From Octopus bimaculoides (Eukaryota): a stretch of DNA of 64,000 nt. The notes beneath the pieces were generated by a model that saw nothing but the letters and a program-made list of their open reading frames with translations, was not told the origin of the DNA and did no database searches. Below, in pieces: positions 1 through 12,944 of this stretch (position 1 is its first letter; the number at the start of each line of letters is the position of its first letter). The stretch lies in NCBI RefSeq assembly GCF_001194135.2, contig NC_068982.1:113927292-113991291 (forward strand), read 5' to 3'. A program made the translations under genes and the position numbers.

Positions 1-152
1 ATATATATAATGTATGTATATATATATATATATTCATCATAACCCTTTGCCCAATTAAACTCTCTCTTTCTACCTCCTATTTCTTCATACATGGCACTAA
101 CCTTTCTCTAACTGGTATTCTCCTATGTATCACAAAACAGAAATGAAAATAT

Positions 153-241
153 AGTTCTATATTTGAGAGATGAGGAATTATGTACATTATTTACATTATT
201 TACAATTGACGGATATCCATCCTCATCTTGTTTGTTGTTAA
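153..241 (-). repeat. 3' segment of the hammerhead-bearing repeat family (sibling of 5020-5343 and 39920-40050)
   Basis: Minus strand reads TTAACAACAAACAAGATGAGGATGGATATCCGTCAATTGTAAATAATGTAAATAATG, which matches 5030-5080 and 39924-39975 closely. Confidence 0.75.
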
Positions 242-2737
242 TGAAATGAAAATATCATTGGTTGTCTTCTCTAATTCTTTATTCACTTCGCTTTATTCTT
301 TCCCCTTAAACTATTTCAGTCTACTTCCCTCAGATTTTGTACCATTAAATAATGTTAGAATCACTAATACAGATACTTGTCTTTTCAGTCTTCAAAGTAA
401 AGAAATTTACCAAGTAAATTACATCTAATTAATTTAATTTGCACTTCCATTTTCTATCATGATTTTGTCAGATTATTACTTATCTGCAGAAACAATAAGT
501 GCTCAGCAAACCAAGATTGCATATCTCTTAGTTGGATCCACTTTATTTATTTCACTAGTGTTCTTCAGGAAAATATGAGCACTACAACTTCAGATTTTGC
601 TTTCTTTATAATGTTTTTTTTATACCATCTGATCAACAAAACAACTCCTGCTGTGACAGGGATTAGTAAGGGTGTGATGTGATAGTGGAAATCATCTATT
701 GTAATTACTACTGTACAGATACTGTAGATGTACAGAAATTGTTACCTCACTATCATACAACTGTCCATACACATGGCATCATATCCTCTGGGTCAGTGTT
801 AAATAGTAAGTAAACTAAGCAAATGCTTAGAATTCGGAATTGCAATACAAGTTCTAAACAATTTAAACAAAATTTCTTACTCCATGTAAAATCACAAAGA
901 GTACATTAAGTATGTACCAAACAAGAGGAGTATGGTGGAAAGGAATGGTTGAGATGAACATGTTATGTGGTATTATATTCTGTCACTGATTTGGTGTGAA
1001 AGAAACATTTCAACTTTTATGAGATAACAGATTTACTTGTCGATATACATGACCATAAGACTATAGATTTCTTGTTTGCAAGTTAAATAATAGATTTTTC
1101 TTCATTTTTCTACTGGTAGGAAGAGGATGATGGCTGGAGTAAGTTATAGAAAAAAAATGGAGAAGAGGGTGTAAAATACCCTGGTGATGACTTTACTTAT
1201 TCTTCCAGCAAAACAAATATTGTCATTGCAACATTATTACTACAATAAACCAGGTAACACTAGATATTGTCAGTACATTATAGTGTTATAACAGGCTTAT
1301 TATCTTTACTGTTCAGAATAGATAATTATAGAGTGCATAAACTACAGTGTTTTACTGTCTTTATGGTGCTTCTCTTTACTTTTAATACTCAGTATATTAG
1401 TTTACATATATTCTCTACACTATATTTCTCTTAAGTGGATTTCTTTGTACGATATGAAGAAATCTTTAAACTAAATTCAATATCACTGTTGATGCTATAG
1501 TTGTCATTTTTTGCTTTGAAGAATAGGTTTACAAATAAAAACAAGTAATATTCAAGCCTGAAATCGCATGATATTAAATTCTGTAGGAATATTAAAGAGA
1601 AAAGACCTATTACTTCTCCTGTTCAGCAGGGGATATTTCTAATTTTTCACATTTATTTTTCAATTTATTTATGACTTGATAGATAGAAGAGTGCATCACT
1701 TTATATTCCTTCACTTGTACTTCATTTTGTCATTGGCAAGACACTTCACTCTCAACATCCAAGTCCACCTAATTCTAAGTAAGTGCTACAAATGGTGGTA
1801 TAATAAGCTATCAGCACACAGCTGTACAGCTATGGAATCAATTAGTAATTCATTAATTTTCAGGACATAGCTCCTCTTGTAAGACAAATTGGAACAATCT
1901 CCTATAGATACAAACCCACTCCAGGCAATATTTATCTATTTAAACTGTAGAGATAAATCTCATCACTTTAAATCTTTGAAGTAAAAATATTAGCTTTCCT
2001 TTTTCTGTATCTGTTCTCTAGTTTGTACAGGCCCACCTTAAACCTATCAGGAAACATCCTGTTAGTTATCCACGTCAACCCAATGAATAGTTCAATATGT
2101 ATTCTTGTAGGTGATTTATAAAGGCTTGTCTGATTCATTGCATATATATAGGTTTTGAGATTCAGGCCCTATATGTGTAGGAGTGGCAAATAGTAAACTC
2201 ATCCTCTGTTCTTCAGCACACTGCCTTACTCATTTTATGTTGGACCACTGTCAGATCAACACCAGTGTGATATGTGCTAATATGCCAAATCCTAATGGAA
2301 ATATAACATGTATTCTAAATCATGTAAGTCTCTCCTGATATTTCTTTTATTTGCTTATATAATTTCTTACTTTGCTTTCTAATGATGTTAGTCAACACTT
2401 TGTGATTTCTTTGCCCTCATGCTCATACTAAAGCATAGTACAAAGAATTTTGTAATGTTCTCTGTTGTCTATGCAATATTTATACAAATGTTTAAGTAGT
2501 AATATTTTCTAATTCAATATCTGTGGCTTTTCCAGTGTCGTTGTTTTGCTTCTGTTCATATTTAATCAGGAGAAATATCTCAATTTAAATAATTCAGATA
2601 AATCTCTTTCAACCACTTTCTAACTATTTTAAAGGATAATGGTGGTCCCAAGATACAATATGGCCCCAAAAAGACTAGATTGTCACTGCTGACCATAATT
2701 CTTCCTCCATAGGCTTGCTTGATTGTTTGACATTGGG

Positions 2738-2966
2738 TTAACCCTTTAGCATTCACATTATTTTGTCAAAAGCAATGCTTGTTCATTCACATTGTTTTGA
2801 ATTAATCCTGCATTATTTTGTAACTTTGAGAGTTTGTATGCAGTAACAGTTAATTTTTAGAATGATAATGTAAGGTTGGTGTGAGAGGCCAGATATGACC
2901 ATCTTGAACATAAAACAGGTAGAATATTTTGGCTAGATATGGCCAGTTTGAATGCTAAAGGGTTAA
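2738..2966. mobile_element. piggyBac-like MITE (TTAA target duplication)
   Basis: TTAA|CCCTTTAGCATTCA ... TGAATGCTAAAGGG|TTAA terminal inverted repeats around a ~220 bp non-coding body; related copies at 10775 and 53744. Confidence 0.85.
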
Positions 2967-2998
2967 ACCACAAAGCAGGCTAACATCTATTAGATGTA

Positions 2999-3552
2999 CT
3001 ATCATCATCATCATCATCATCATCATCATTTAACGTCTGCTTTCCATGCTGGCATGGGTTGGATGATTTGACTGAAAACTGGTAAGCCAGGGAGCTGCAC
3101 CAGATTCTGATCTGATTTGGTAGAGTTTCTATGACTGGATGCCCTTCCTAATGTCAACAACTCTGAGAGTGTAGTGGGTGTTTTTTTATGTGCCATCAGC
3201 ATGGGTGCCATTGATCTGACATCGGCATCGGTCACAACTATGGTCTTACTTGGCTTGAATGGTCTACACAAGCATGACATATTGTTAAAGGTCTTGATCA
3301 CCTGTCACTGCCTCCATGAGGCCCAATGCTCAAACAGTGCTTTTTACATGTTACTAGCACAGGTGCCAGTCAGACAACACTGGCATCAAACATGACTACA
3401 ATTTCACTCAGCTCGACAGGTCTTCACAAGCACAGCATATCACCCAATGTTTAAAGGGTGCTTTTAACAGACCAGTTATGCAACACTGATATCATCCACG
3501 ACTACAATCTCACTTAGCTTGATGGGTCTTCTCAAACACGGCATATCACCAT
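2999..3552 (-). mobile_element. RTE LINE 3' UTR fragment with (GAT)n tail
   Basis: Matches the 3' ends of the RTE copies at 19439 and 34315 (TTTCCATGCTGGCATGGGTTGG, GGATGCCCTTCC) next to (CAT)n; includes duplicated pieces of the ORF-end segment. Confidence 0.85.
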
Positions 3553-3655
3553 AAAAGAATATATATTTAAAATATTTAAAATATATATATAAAAGAATAT
3601 ATATTTAATTACTATAAAAAAAAGAAACATACTTCAATTAGTAATTAAATAATCG

Positions 3656-3763
3656 GACTGGAGCCTGGTGTTGCCATCCGGTTTCACCAGTCCTCAGTCA
3701 AATCGTCCAACCCATGCTAGCATGGAAAGCGGACGTTAAACGATGATGATGATGATGATGATG
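3656..3763 (+). mobile_element. RTE 3'-terminal fragment; similar tails at ~10075-10345, 16080-16200, 23830-23950, 27740-27910, 29190-29360, 39730-39900, 50790-51065, 59820-59920, 61540-61690, 62940-63050
   Basis: CAGTCAAATCGTCCAACCCATGCTAGCATGGAAAGCGGACGTTAAACGATGATGATG is the same terminus as the RT-coding RTE copies. Confidence 0.85.
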
Positions 3764-4875
3764 TGTATTTGTGTGTGTATTTTCTCACATTTGCTGTTTA
3801 TTAAAATGACTTCTTGTTTTAAAACCCTTTCGGAATGTTAAAATAACTTGAAAGTTCGTTACTACAGGGTCAGGAAATAATGGGTGTCATCATTATTTTT
3901 TTAGATTTTGTTGCTGTAACCCCACAGGAGGGTAAACTCTATTTTTCATTCATCTGGGATCAATTAAATAAGTACCTATCATATACTGCTGTCAGCTAAG
4001 TTGACTCATACTCTTTCCCTATAAATTGTGGCTACATACCAATGTGAGAAATCCTTGTTATTCATTGATTCATTAGTACTTCCTCAAATACACTGGTTCA
4101 TTGTTACTTCATCAAGTACATTTGCATTTATAAGACTTTACTTAAGTCCTTGTTTAGAGTTGTATTGTAAACCAATTCTGGTTTTGTGTACTTGTTGCTG
4201 TTTAGACCCAGTTTTCTCTTGTTCAAGCAAATCTGTTATGAAAGATATTTCAAATTTGGCTGTTATTTCTAACAGGTTCTATAATCACAAAGAGGTTTTC
4301 CTCATTGAGTTGTTCTTTATTTTTTGTGGTATTATTTTCAATATTTTCAACCATTCCTAGACATGACTATCCTGTCTTGTCAACATGTTTTAAGTCATAA
4401 ATTACATAAAATGTTGTCATCATAGTAAAGAATATCTGTGATTTGATTGGCTGATGGAGAAAGATTTGGCTGTTCTAGTGAGTGGATTCACTGATTACAT
4501 AAAAGCTTCAGTGTTAATTCAGTTACATCATCTTGGATGTTCATGTTATGCGTGCTATTTCAACATCCTCTTGTTGTTTCTATACTTGATTAAACTTTAT
4601 ATTCTGATACCAGTTTAACATTTTTGTCAAACCTGAGGTATTTCTTTATTTTTGTTACGTCCAATATCTTATCTCCACCTTTTATCTTCACTTCCTGGTA
4701 ATTACACATCTGTTATTATTATAATTAAGCTGATATTTCAGTTCCTGCCAAGGTTGCCTTTGCCTTTCATCTTTTGAGGATGATAAAATAAATACCAGTC
4801 ATAAAATCAGGTTCTTATAATCAACTGTATCTCCCTCCCTCCTTAGATCTGTTAGAAATCATTATTACTACTTTG

Positions 4876-4928
<53 letters not shown>

Positions 4929-5019
4929 TGTACTAGAACCAAACATTTCACTCACTTCATCAATGTCCACAAAAAGGCCTCAATATTATAATCTTCCTAT
5001 TTCTTTGTTACTGATTAAT

Positions 5020-5175
5020 AATGTTAGTTTACATTATTTACATTCGACGGATATTTGTCCTCATCTTGTTTGTTGTTAACATGTTTCTGCTGATATACCC
5101 ACCAGCCTCCATCAGGTGTCTTGGGGAAATTTCTAACCTGGGTTCTCATTCCTAGGGTATTTTCCAATGTTATTA

Positions 5176-5237
<62 letters not shown>

Positions 5238-5343
5238 CATCATCATCATCATCATCATCATCATTATTATTATTATTATTATTATTCAGGTCACTTCCTG
5301 GAATCTTGTGGTTAGTAGCCCGCGCTCTTAACCACTATGCCAC
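5020..5343 (-). mobile_element. tRNA-headed SINE-like element with internal microsatellite and degenerate hammerhead ribozyme motif
   Basis: Minus strand: TGGCATAGTGG A-box and tRNA-like D/anticodon arm (5343-5300); no recognisable B-box in this copy; (AAT/GAT)n; then GACAC-CTGATGG-A-GGCTG-loop-CAGCA-GAAA-CATGT-T (5120-5078) and the shared 3' segment. Confidence 0.65.
5075..5120 (-). ncRNA. Degenerate minimal type I hammerhead ribozyme
   Basis: Core CTGATGG (A9G), stem II GCTG/CAGC, GAAA, palindromic stem III ACATGT; the 3' strand of stem I does not pair in this copy. Confidence 0.5.
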
Positions 5344-6411
5344 ATTAATGTTAGGTTCTGTCTTAGGAAACACTATTTCAAAACATAATGTTCATTTACT
5401 TAAGTAATAATAGTACACCTAAATAATTACCAATATCTCTCTCATACCATACCATCTTAAAACACAAACGTATGCATGCACACACATGAACACACACACT
5501 CACATGCAGAGGAAAATGTAGATGCAGATAAATAAGACAAGAGGTTTCATGGCTGTTGTGGTTTTGACTATAAGAGGTAACACTGAACAACTACAACATT
5601 AACAATATAGATACTCAAGCTGACCATCAATTTTACTAGTCTTAAAGATACTGAAAAGATCATGGCCACTGTTTTGCTTGAAGCAACAGGTATGGAATTT
5701 ATCTTCCACTGTCATTCTACCACAAGACTTAGCTTTATAATTTTCTTTCTTTTCTTTTTTGGTTTCATTGTTTCCAAGAAATAAGAAATTTAAATATAGA
5801 AGCTAATGCACAAAGGGAAAAAAATATATATTGGTACACATATGATAGCAGAGAAGGTGGATTGTAATGTAGAGATAAAACTGATATGATAATTCTTCCT
5901 TAGTATTCTTCATTTGTCAGCCACAGTTGTGACAGACTTGGTAGTATGTACCATGCTTTCACTAACTGTTTTAGATGCCCATGTAGTTGTGAGCAGACAC
6001 ATACAGTCTTTCAGCCCAGTAACTCATGACCCAGGAGCACATCCAGGATATGATAGTTGGAAGGAGACAGCAGCTACACCAGTATGGAACTGGTACTTTG
6101 TTTATCAGCCTCTGAAATGATGTTGGTCAATGTTTGCAGGAACTGAATTCAGAATGTAGTTGGCTGGGAACAAATAAGACAATGCATTCTATCCGTGCTT
6201 TAACAGCTCTGCTTATTGACTTCCTTCTTCAGCAAAATGGAAAGATTCTCTTCAGAGTTTATGAGAGCCTTTATGCAGTGACTCAACTGGTGACAAATAG
6301 CAGCAAAAATCTCCCTCAAACCATACCCAAACATCTTCAGAAACATAAAAGATGTATAGGACAATGTAATGCTGCATATGCTGTTCTCAAGACCAGCTAG
6401 AGAAGGATGTA

Positions 6412-6662
6412 AAGGTAAAAGTAAAGTTAGCTTCTCGAGTCGTGCTGACTCACAAGGGCCAGTTTTCTGGTTTCATGGCATATATATTTTGTGCCTAGAC
6501 GGGACACCAATCCATCACAGGATTACTCATTTTGCCAGCTGAGTGGACTGGAGCAATGTGAAATGAAGTGTTTTGCTCAAAAACACATGTCATCACTCAG
6601 TCCAGAAATCAAAGCCACAATCTTATAATAATGAATCCCTTACCCTAACCACTAAGCCACGC
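6412..6662 (-). mobile_element. tRNA-derived SINE (family distinct from the abundant one)
   Basis: Minus strand starts GTGGCTTAGTGGTTAGGG (A-box), has a TTTTTGAGCAAAACACTTCATTTCAC central block and ends in a CTTTACTTTTACCTTTAC tail. Confidence 0.75.
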
Positions 6663-7349
6663 TCCTTAGAAGTGGATGGGTGGGTATATTATGCTTGGAC
6701 AGCATTTGATCTTAGGTCTGCTGACATTAGCCTAGACATAAGCATACATTAAAACCAACAATGGCTCAAACCTTCTGAACGAATGTCAGAAATTGAATGC
6801 TTGATTTCAACTACACATGATTAATGTTTGACCACAATAAAAAAAAAAAAGTTGTAAAAAAAAATCTAAACTCTAAGTAGTAGAATGTACTGTGAACATC
6901 AATATGTCCTGTCAAAATTTAATCTATGTTTGTTGGTTTTGACAACGATGGAAAATATTCTCAAGCATGACTGAGTAGGTGGTTAGCGTATGGTAAGGCC
7001 AATATGGCAATATTTCAAAATCAGAGTAGATAATAAGTGACATATGCACATGCATCAAAAATTATATTTGACAGTGGTAAGGCTACAATACTCTGGGGCC
7101 AACTTATACTAGCAAATAATTCAAAAGAAATCAAATTAAAACTGCTAGGCATTGTTATCACAAAGATGGTAACCTTTATAGTTTCATATACCACTTTTTA
7201 TATTCTCATTGATATCTTGATTGCTTTATGACTAAAGTAAGTAGAAATTTACAAAGACTAAGAATTGAAATAATGGAAGTACTGGCAGTATTGTTAATAG
7301 CTGGTGTTTTGGTTATAAATATGAATAATGACCAAACCATATCAAGGAG

Positions 7350-7720
7350 TACTCTGGTGTATTTAAGATATACAATGGAGTACTCCTCACTCCTGGAACA
7401 GTGTTGCTGCTACACATATATGCAAACATCCTGCATCACATCTAAAAGAAGACTACCGGATTGGCTGGCAAATACATCATTACCAAACTATAGCCTCTGT
7501 GTCTCTTCTTTCATCTGTTCTATTGTTGCTACAATGACCCATGATCCTCTAAACTAAATAGTTGCATACCAACTCTTCCTAAGCTCCCTGACACTTTTCT
7601 CACTTGTTGCCTCTATTGTGTCTCATCTTCAATGCCCTGCACCATCCCTTCTTTCTCAGAACATCAATCCTCTAATACACCCTCTTTGCTCACATTTTCC
7701 CTGCAGTTATTGACTTTATA
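7350..7720 (+). mobile_element. Highly decayed LINE C-terminal fragment (CR1/L2/Jockey group)
   Basis: Frameshifted MEYSS.. and LFYCCYND.SSKLNSCIP segments resemble the post-RT MEY..H.W / LFYRYY.G.CS.EL motifs of such LINEs. Confidence 0.4.
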
Positions 7721-7934
7721 AATCTTCAAGCTAATCATCAATCTTACTAGTTTTAAAGAGCTGAAAAAGTCAAGGGCTCTGCCCATCCTCATGTCAAACT
7801 AAGCCATTAAAGTAACATTAAAAATATGAGCACAGATATCTCATTGACTGTTTTAATTACCAACTACGAACTTTAGAAATTTGGTAGATATTTGAGTATT
7901 TCCAGAGCCATATATTGTTATATTGAAACCATTG

Positions 7935-9385
7935 TAAGTAGATTTTCTCACATTGACCCTTTCCTATTTTAGGATGACCAGAGAAATGAAAGGCAAAGTT
8001 GACTTTGTTAAGGTTTAAACTGGAAGTATAAAAAAGCATTAGTTTGGCATTGTATTGTTCCTACATACACTTCAACCTTATTTTCTACATATGGCTATGT
8101 AGACATAAGCATGGCTGTAGTTAAGAAAGTTTACTTTGTGCTCACATTGGTTCAGATATGATCATACTTTGTGACACTTTGAGTGTCTTCTTCTACAACA
8201 TATATTTGGGAGTAAAATTTCAGAGACAAAAATTGTATGGAAGACCATCATATAATGTGGGGGTGTGTGTGTGTGTGTGTTTCTCAACATGTCTTTATAT
8301 TAACAGCACTTGAGCAGCAGTGACATTTGTTATTGTCCTGTGTAAACAAAATGCCCAGGGTTACTGTCAGGAAGAGTACCCAGCCACAAGATATTACCTC
8401 AAGAAGTCTCATTAAATTCATGCCAACACAGACGATGCAGGCATAGAAATGATGATGGTGGTGGCAGTGGCAATGATTAGCAGTAGTAGCAGCAATAGCA
8501 GCTGCACTGATAGTAGTAATGATTTTTGTTTTTCTTTTTGTTTCAACAAGCACAGTGTTCTCAGGCAAGAAATACAGTGACAAATTTGTTCAAAGTGTTT
8601 TACTAGTATTGATGGTAACCACTTTAGAGTCAAGGGTTTTTAACTTGGAACTGATGAGAATGAAAGTAAATATTGTAACACTTTAGTTCTATCTTCTACT
8701 GTTGTTACCATGTCCTTTACCACAACAACAGCAATAATAATAAAACTGATTTCTAATTTAGGCACAAAGACAGCAATTCTGAGGAGAGGGATTACATTGA
8801 CCCAAGTATTTGACTGTTACTTTATTAAACCAGAAAGTTAGAAAGACAATATTGAACTCAGAATATAAAGAACTACTATTAGAGTACCAGGAAAAATGTC
8901 TTGCTACATTTTTCTGATTATATTGCAAGAAACAAAATAATAATGATAACAACAATAATAATTCTTTCAAAATTTGGCACAAAGCCAGCAATTTTGAGGA
9001 GAGAGGGTAAGCCAATTATATTGATCCCAGTACTTGACTAATTATTTATTTTACCAATCCCAAAACGATGAGAAGCGACTCAGTGGGATTTGAACTCAGA
9101 ATGTAAAGAACTAAATGATATGCTGCTAAGCATTTTGTCCAAAGCACTAAGGATTCTGACAGTCCACTGCTCTAATAGTAATTATCCTATCAACAATAGG
9201 CACAAAAGCTGAAATCTTGGGGAAAGGGGATAGTTGATTATACCGACACCCACCCATTATATCAACCCCCGAAAGGATGAAAGGCAAAGCCAACTTTGGT
9301 GGAATTTGAACTCAGAACATAAAGGCAAGTGAAATACTACTAAGCCTTTTGTCTGGTGTACTAATGATTCTACCAGCTTACCAAC

Positions 9386-9424
<39 letters not shown>

Positions 9425-9505
9425 GTTTCAAATTTAGGCGTAAGGCCAACAATTTCAGTGGGCGGTGGGGTTAGTTGATTGCATTGACTCCAGTACTTGA
9501 TCAGT
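7935..9505 (-). mobile_element. Cluster of about 5 copies of the abundant tRNA-derived SINE (SINE-A), all minus strand
   Basis: Repeated GAAAGGCAAAG..GACT..G.GGAATTTGAACTCAGAA (reverse B-box) and GTACTTATTT blocks separated by (AAT)n. Confidence 0.85.
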
Positions 9506-10774
9506 CTCATCATCATCATCATCATCATCGTCATAGGTTATAGATGTAGGTGGATTAGTTAGAAATAACTATTTAGAATAACTAGTTTAGAATAACTATT
9601 TCCTTAACAATATTGTACATGTAACACATTTAGTTATGGATAATTTCTTTTTTCTTTAGGCAGTGTGAGAATATATTGGTATTGAGCCAATGTTCTCTAT
9701 GAAACCTTGATATCTTAAGCAACAGGTCGAGCGACTCTCCATGTGATTCCAATCTCATGTTTCAACTATTTCCTCTTCTTTGCTAGTATTTTACTTAATC
9801 TTTGATATACTTTTTACTTTGTTAGTGTTGTGTTTGTGCTCTAAGTTGATTCAAAATATTTAATAGCTACAAAAATACTGGAGGTGAATAAATCACCAAT
9901 GTAGCTTCCATTTGCAAAAGATTTTCTTTTCTTTAATTTCAAATCAAATGTTTATTAGTGGATTTCTAGAATTAGTTGTGTTCGGTTGCACTGGATTTGA
10001 GTCAAGGTCGGTGGATTCACAGAATTGCTAGAATGGCAGACAAAATGCTTTGCAGCATTTGTTCTGGCTCTTTACATTCATCATCATTATCATTATTCAA
10101 CATTCACTTTCCATGCTGGTATGGGTTAGATGGTTTGACAGGAGCTGGCTATGCAGAAGACTGCACCAGTGTCTTCAGTGTCTGTTTTGGTAGGGTTTCT
10201 ACAGCTGGATGCCCTTGCCAACATAAAAGCATCCAGTCAACTCCTACAGAGTGGACTGGGTGCTTTTATGTGGCACCAGCATGGACAAGGTCAGTTTTGG
10301 CATGGTTTTCACAATTGGATGCCCTTTCAAATGCCAATAACTTTACAGTGTGAACTGGATATTCTGAGCTCAAATTCTAGTAAGGGTAAATTTGCTTTTT
10401 ATCAACAATAAAAGTAAAAGTCAACTACTTGGGTTGATTAGATTAACCATCCCCTCCTGCCAATTTACAGTCTTGTGCCTGTAATAGAAATAATTATTTA
10501 GTTACTGATATTGTTATGATCTAGATCAGGCCTGGTCCCACAGTCTCTTAATTAGAAAGGATTCTGCTATGAATATTATGTTTTTTATTTCAAACATAGA
10601 TAGGATTATATGCAGTATGGTTATTTTAAAAACCTTGGTTGATTTGAAACCAGATTTGGTTGCTATTTCTAGCATGTCAAGTGGCTGCATAGAATAGTGC
10701 TTCCCAATTTTTTTCACATTGTGGCCTGCTAGAGTTCAAGCAGCAAATTCTAGCACATTTCTTTTAAAAAGTTT

Positions 10775-11002
10775 TTAAACCTTTAGCATTTAATCCACCT
10801 ATATCCAGCCCAAATATTCTACCTGTTTTATGTTGAAACTGACCAGATCCAACCTTTCATACCTAGCCTACGATGTCATTCTTAAAATATACAAATACAC
10901 TATTGAAATCTTGAAACTACAAAATAACATGTTGTTAATTCAAAACAATGTGAATAAATAAGAAATACTTTTGACAAAAAAATTTGAATGCTAAAGGGTT
11001 AA
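10775..11002. mobile_element. piggyBac-like MITE, inverted relative to the 2738 copy
   Basis: TTAA|ACCTTTAGCATT ... GAATGCTAAAGGG|TTAA; body is the reverse complement of the 2738 copy. Confidence 0.8.
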
Positions 11003-11059
11003 AAAACATTATGTATTAGAGTAGGAAACTTAGAAAAAATATGTAAACAATGACTATTC

Positions 11060-11293
11060 TTTTATCTTTTATCTTTTTTCTTTTATTTTTTTCTTGTTTA
11101 AGTCATTAGACTACAGTCATGTTGGGGCAATATTTTGAAGAATTTTTAGTCGAATGAATTAACCACAGTACTTTTTTTTTAAAGTCTAGTATTTATTCTA
11201 TCAATCTCTTTTGCTGAACTGCTAAAATAGAGGGATGTAAACCCAGCAACACCAGTTGTCAAGTGGTGGTGGGGAACAAATACAGACACAAAG

Positions 11294-11380
<87 letters not shown>

Positions 11381-11940
11381 CATTTCTAATATAAGGATAA
11401 AAAAATTTTTTTTTAATTTTATCAGTGGCCAGCATATAAAAAATACCTTTTAAGATGAAAATTATAAATACAATTATAAATAAGCGCAAAGAAAAAAATT
11501 TCTTTGCCAATATGCTGAAAAATAGACACTAAATTGTCTAACCACATAAAATAATTTCACCTGTTATATATATACATACATATATATTTGACAGGCTTCT
11601 TTCAGTTTCCTTCTACTAATTCCATTCACAAGGTTTTGGTTGGCCTGAGGCTATAGTAAAAGACACAGATAAATAAGAGCAAAGAAAAAAATTTCTTTGC
11701 CAATATGCTGAAAAATAGACACTAAATTGTCTAACCACATAAAAAAATTTCACCTATTATATATAGATACATATATATTTGACAGGCTTCTTTCAGTTTC
11801 CTTCTACTAATTCCATTCACAAGGTTTTGGTTGGCCCGAGGCTATAGTAAAAGACACTTGCCCAAGTGTCACACAGTAGAACTGAACCCGGAACCATGTT
11901 CTTGGGAAGCAAGCTTTTTTCAACAAAGTCACCCCAGCAC
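11060..11940 (-). mobile_element. tRNA/CORE-like SINE (SINE-B) with internal (CA)n(TA)n and a 193 bp tandem duplication
   Basis: Head on minus includes GGTTCCGGGTTCAGTT and GACACTTGGGCAAGTGTCTT (CORE-like); tail TGACAACTGGTGTTGCTGG...TGACTTAAACAAG. Other pieces at ~8105-8200, 16320-16460, 23265-23600, 25585-25785, 28970-29100, 60070-60210, 62660-62770. Confidence 0.75.
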
Positions 11941-12211
11941 CTGTTGCTTATTTTATTTTATTAATCTTGCTTGTTTGTAGACAAACAAAATTATGAATTT
12001 TCTAAAGCTCTAAGTCATATTTTCAAAACTCTAAATACCTCTTTTATACTATGATGCATTGTCTGAAGACCACAAATGTAGAAGTTCCCCCTTTATTATT
12101 TTAGTATGCACTTTTAGCTATCTTGAGTGCACCCAAAGAGTTTAATGAACAGTAGTCATGTAGCAGGCTGAATTAATCAATTATAACCTACTCCTGTAAA
12201 TAACTTTACAT

Positions 12212-12214
<3 letters not shown>

Positions 12215-12261
<47 letters not shown>

Positions 12262-12283
12262 ATAATAATAATANNNNNNNNNN

Positions 12284-12330
<47 letters not shown>

Positions 12331-12492
12331 TTGCTGCTACTGCTACAACTACTACTACTACTACTACAACTACTACTACTGCTACTACTACTACTACTAC
12401 TACTAATAATAATAATAATAATAATACTGCTGCTACTTCTACAACAACTACAACTACTACTACTGCTGCTGCTACTACTACTGCTGCTGCTG

Positions 12493-12529
<37 letters not shown>

Positions 12530-12530
12530 G
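12215..12530. repeat. Compound trinucleotide microsatellite (TAC/TAA/TGC/CAA)n
   Basis: Directly visible; explains the poly-Leu ORF at 12331. Confidence 0.95.
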
Positions 12531-12944
12531 TCATTAAAAATGGAGGATTAGTTGCGCTAAAGGGACTTGTGAAAGTAACAGCAAATCATGTGCCAGGCTC
12601 AGTTTAATTACCTATACTCCTCCCACTGAAATATCTGAACCTGTGCCTTTTTACGAAATGATTGTTATTGTTGTGTAGGGTGGTGGACGGTAGAATTGGT
12701 AAACTAGGTTAACTTTATGACTACATCATTCTGGAGTTGATTGAAATAAAAAGTACCAGTGTTATTTATTTATTTATTTATTTATGTGTTTCAGCCAAGT
12801 GGCTGCGGTCATGCTGGTGCACCTGAAGTTAATTTAATTGATTGCTCCCTTGTCCCAAAACATTCATGTTCTTGTATCTCTATTAGGAATTATCATTGTT
12901 GCTGCTGTTATCATCATCATCATTATTATTATTATTATTATTAT

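Noticed and set aside
5287-5343. Functional tRNA gene
   Set aside because: T-arm/B-box and acceptor pairing are absent and it is fused to repeat sequence; treated as a SINE head.
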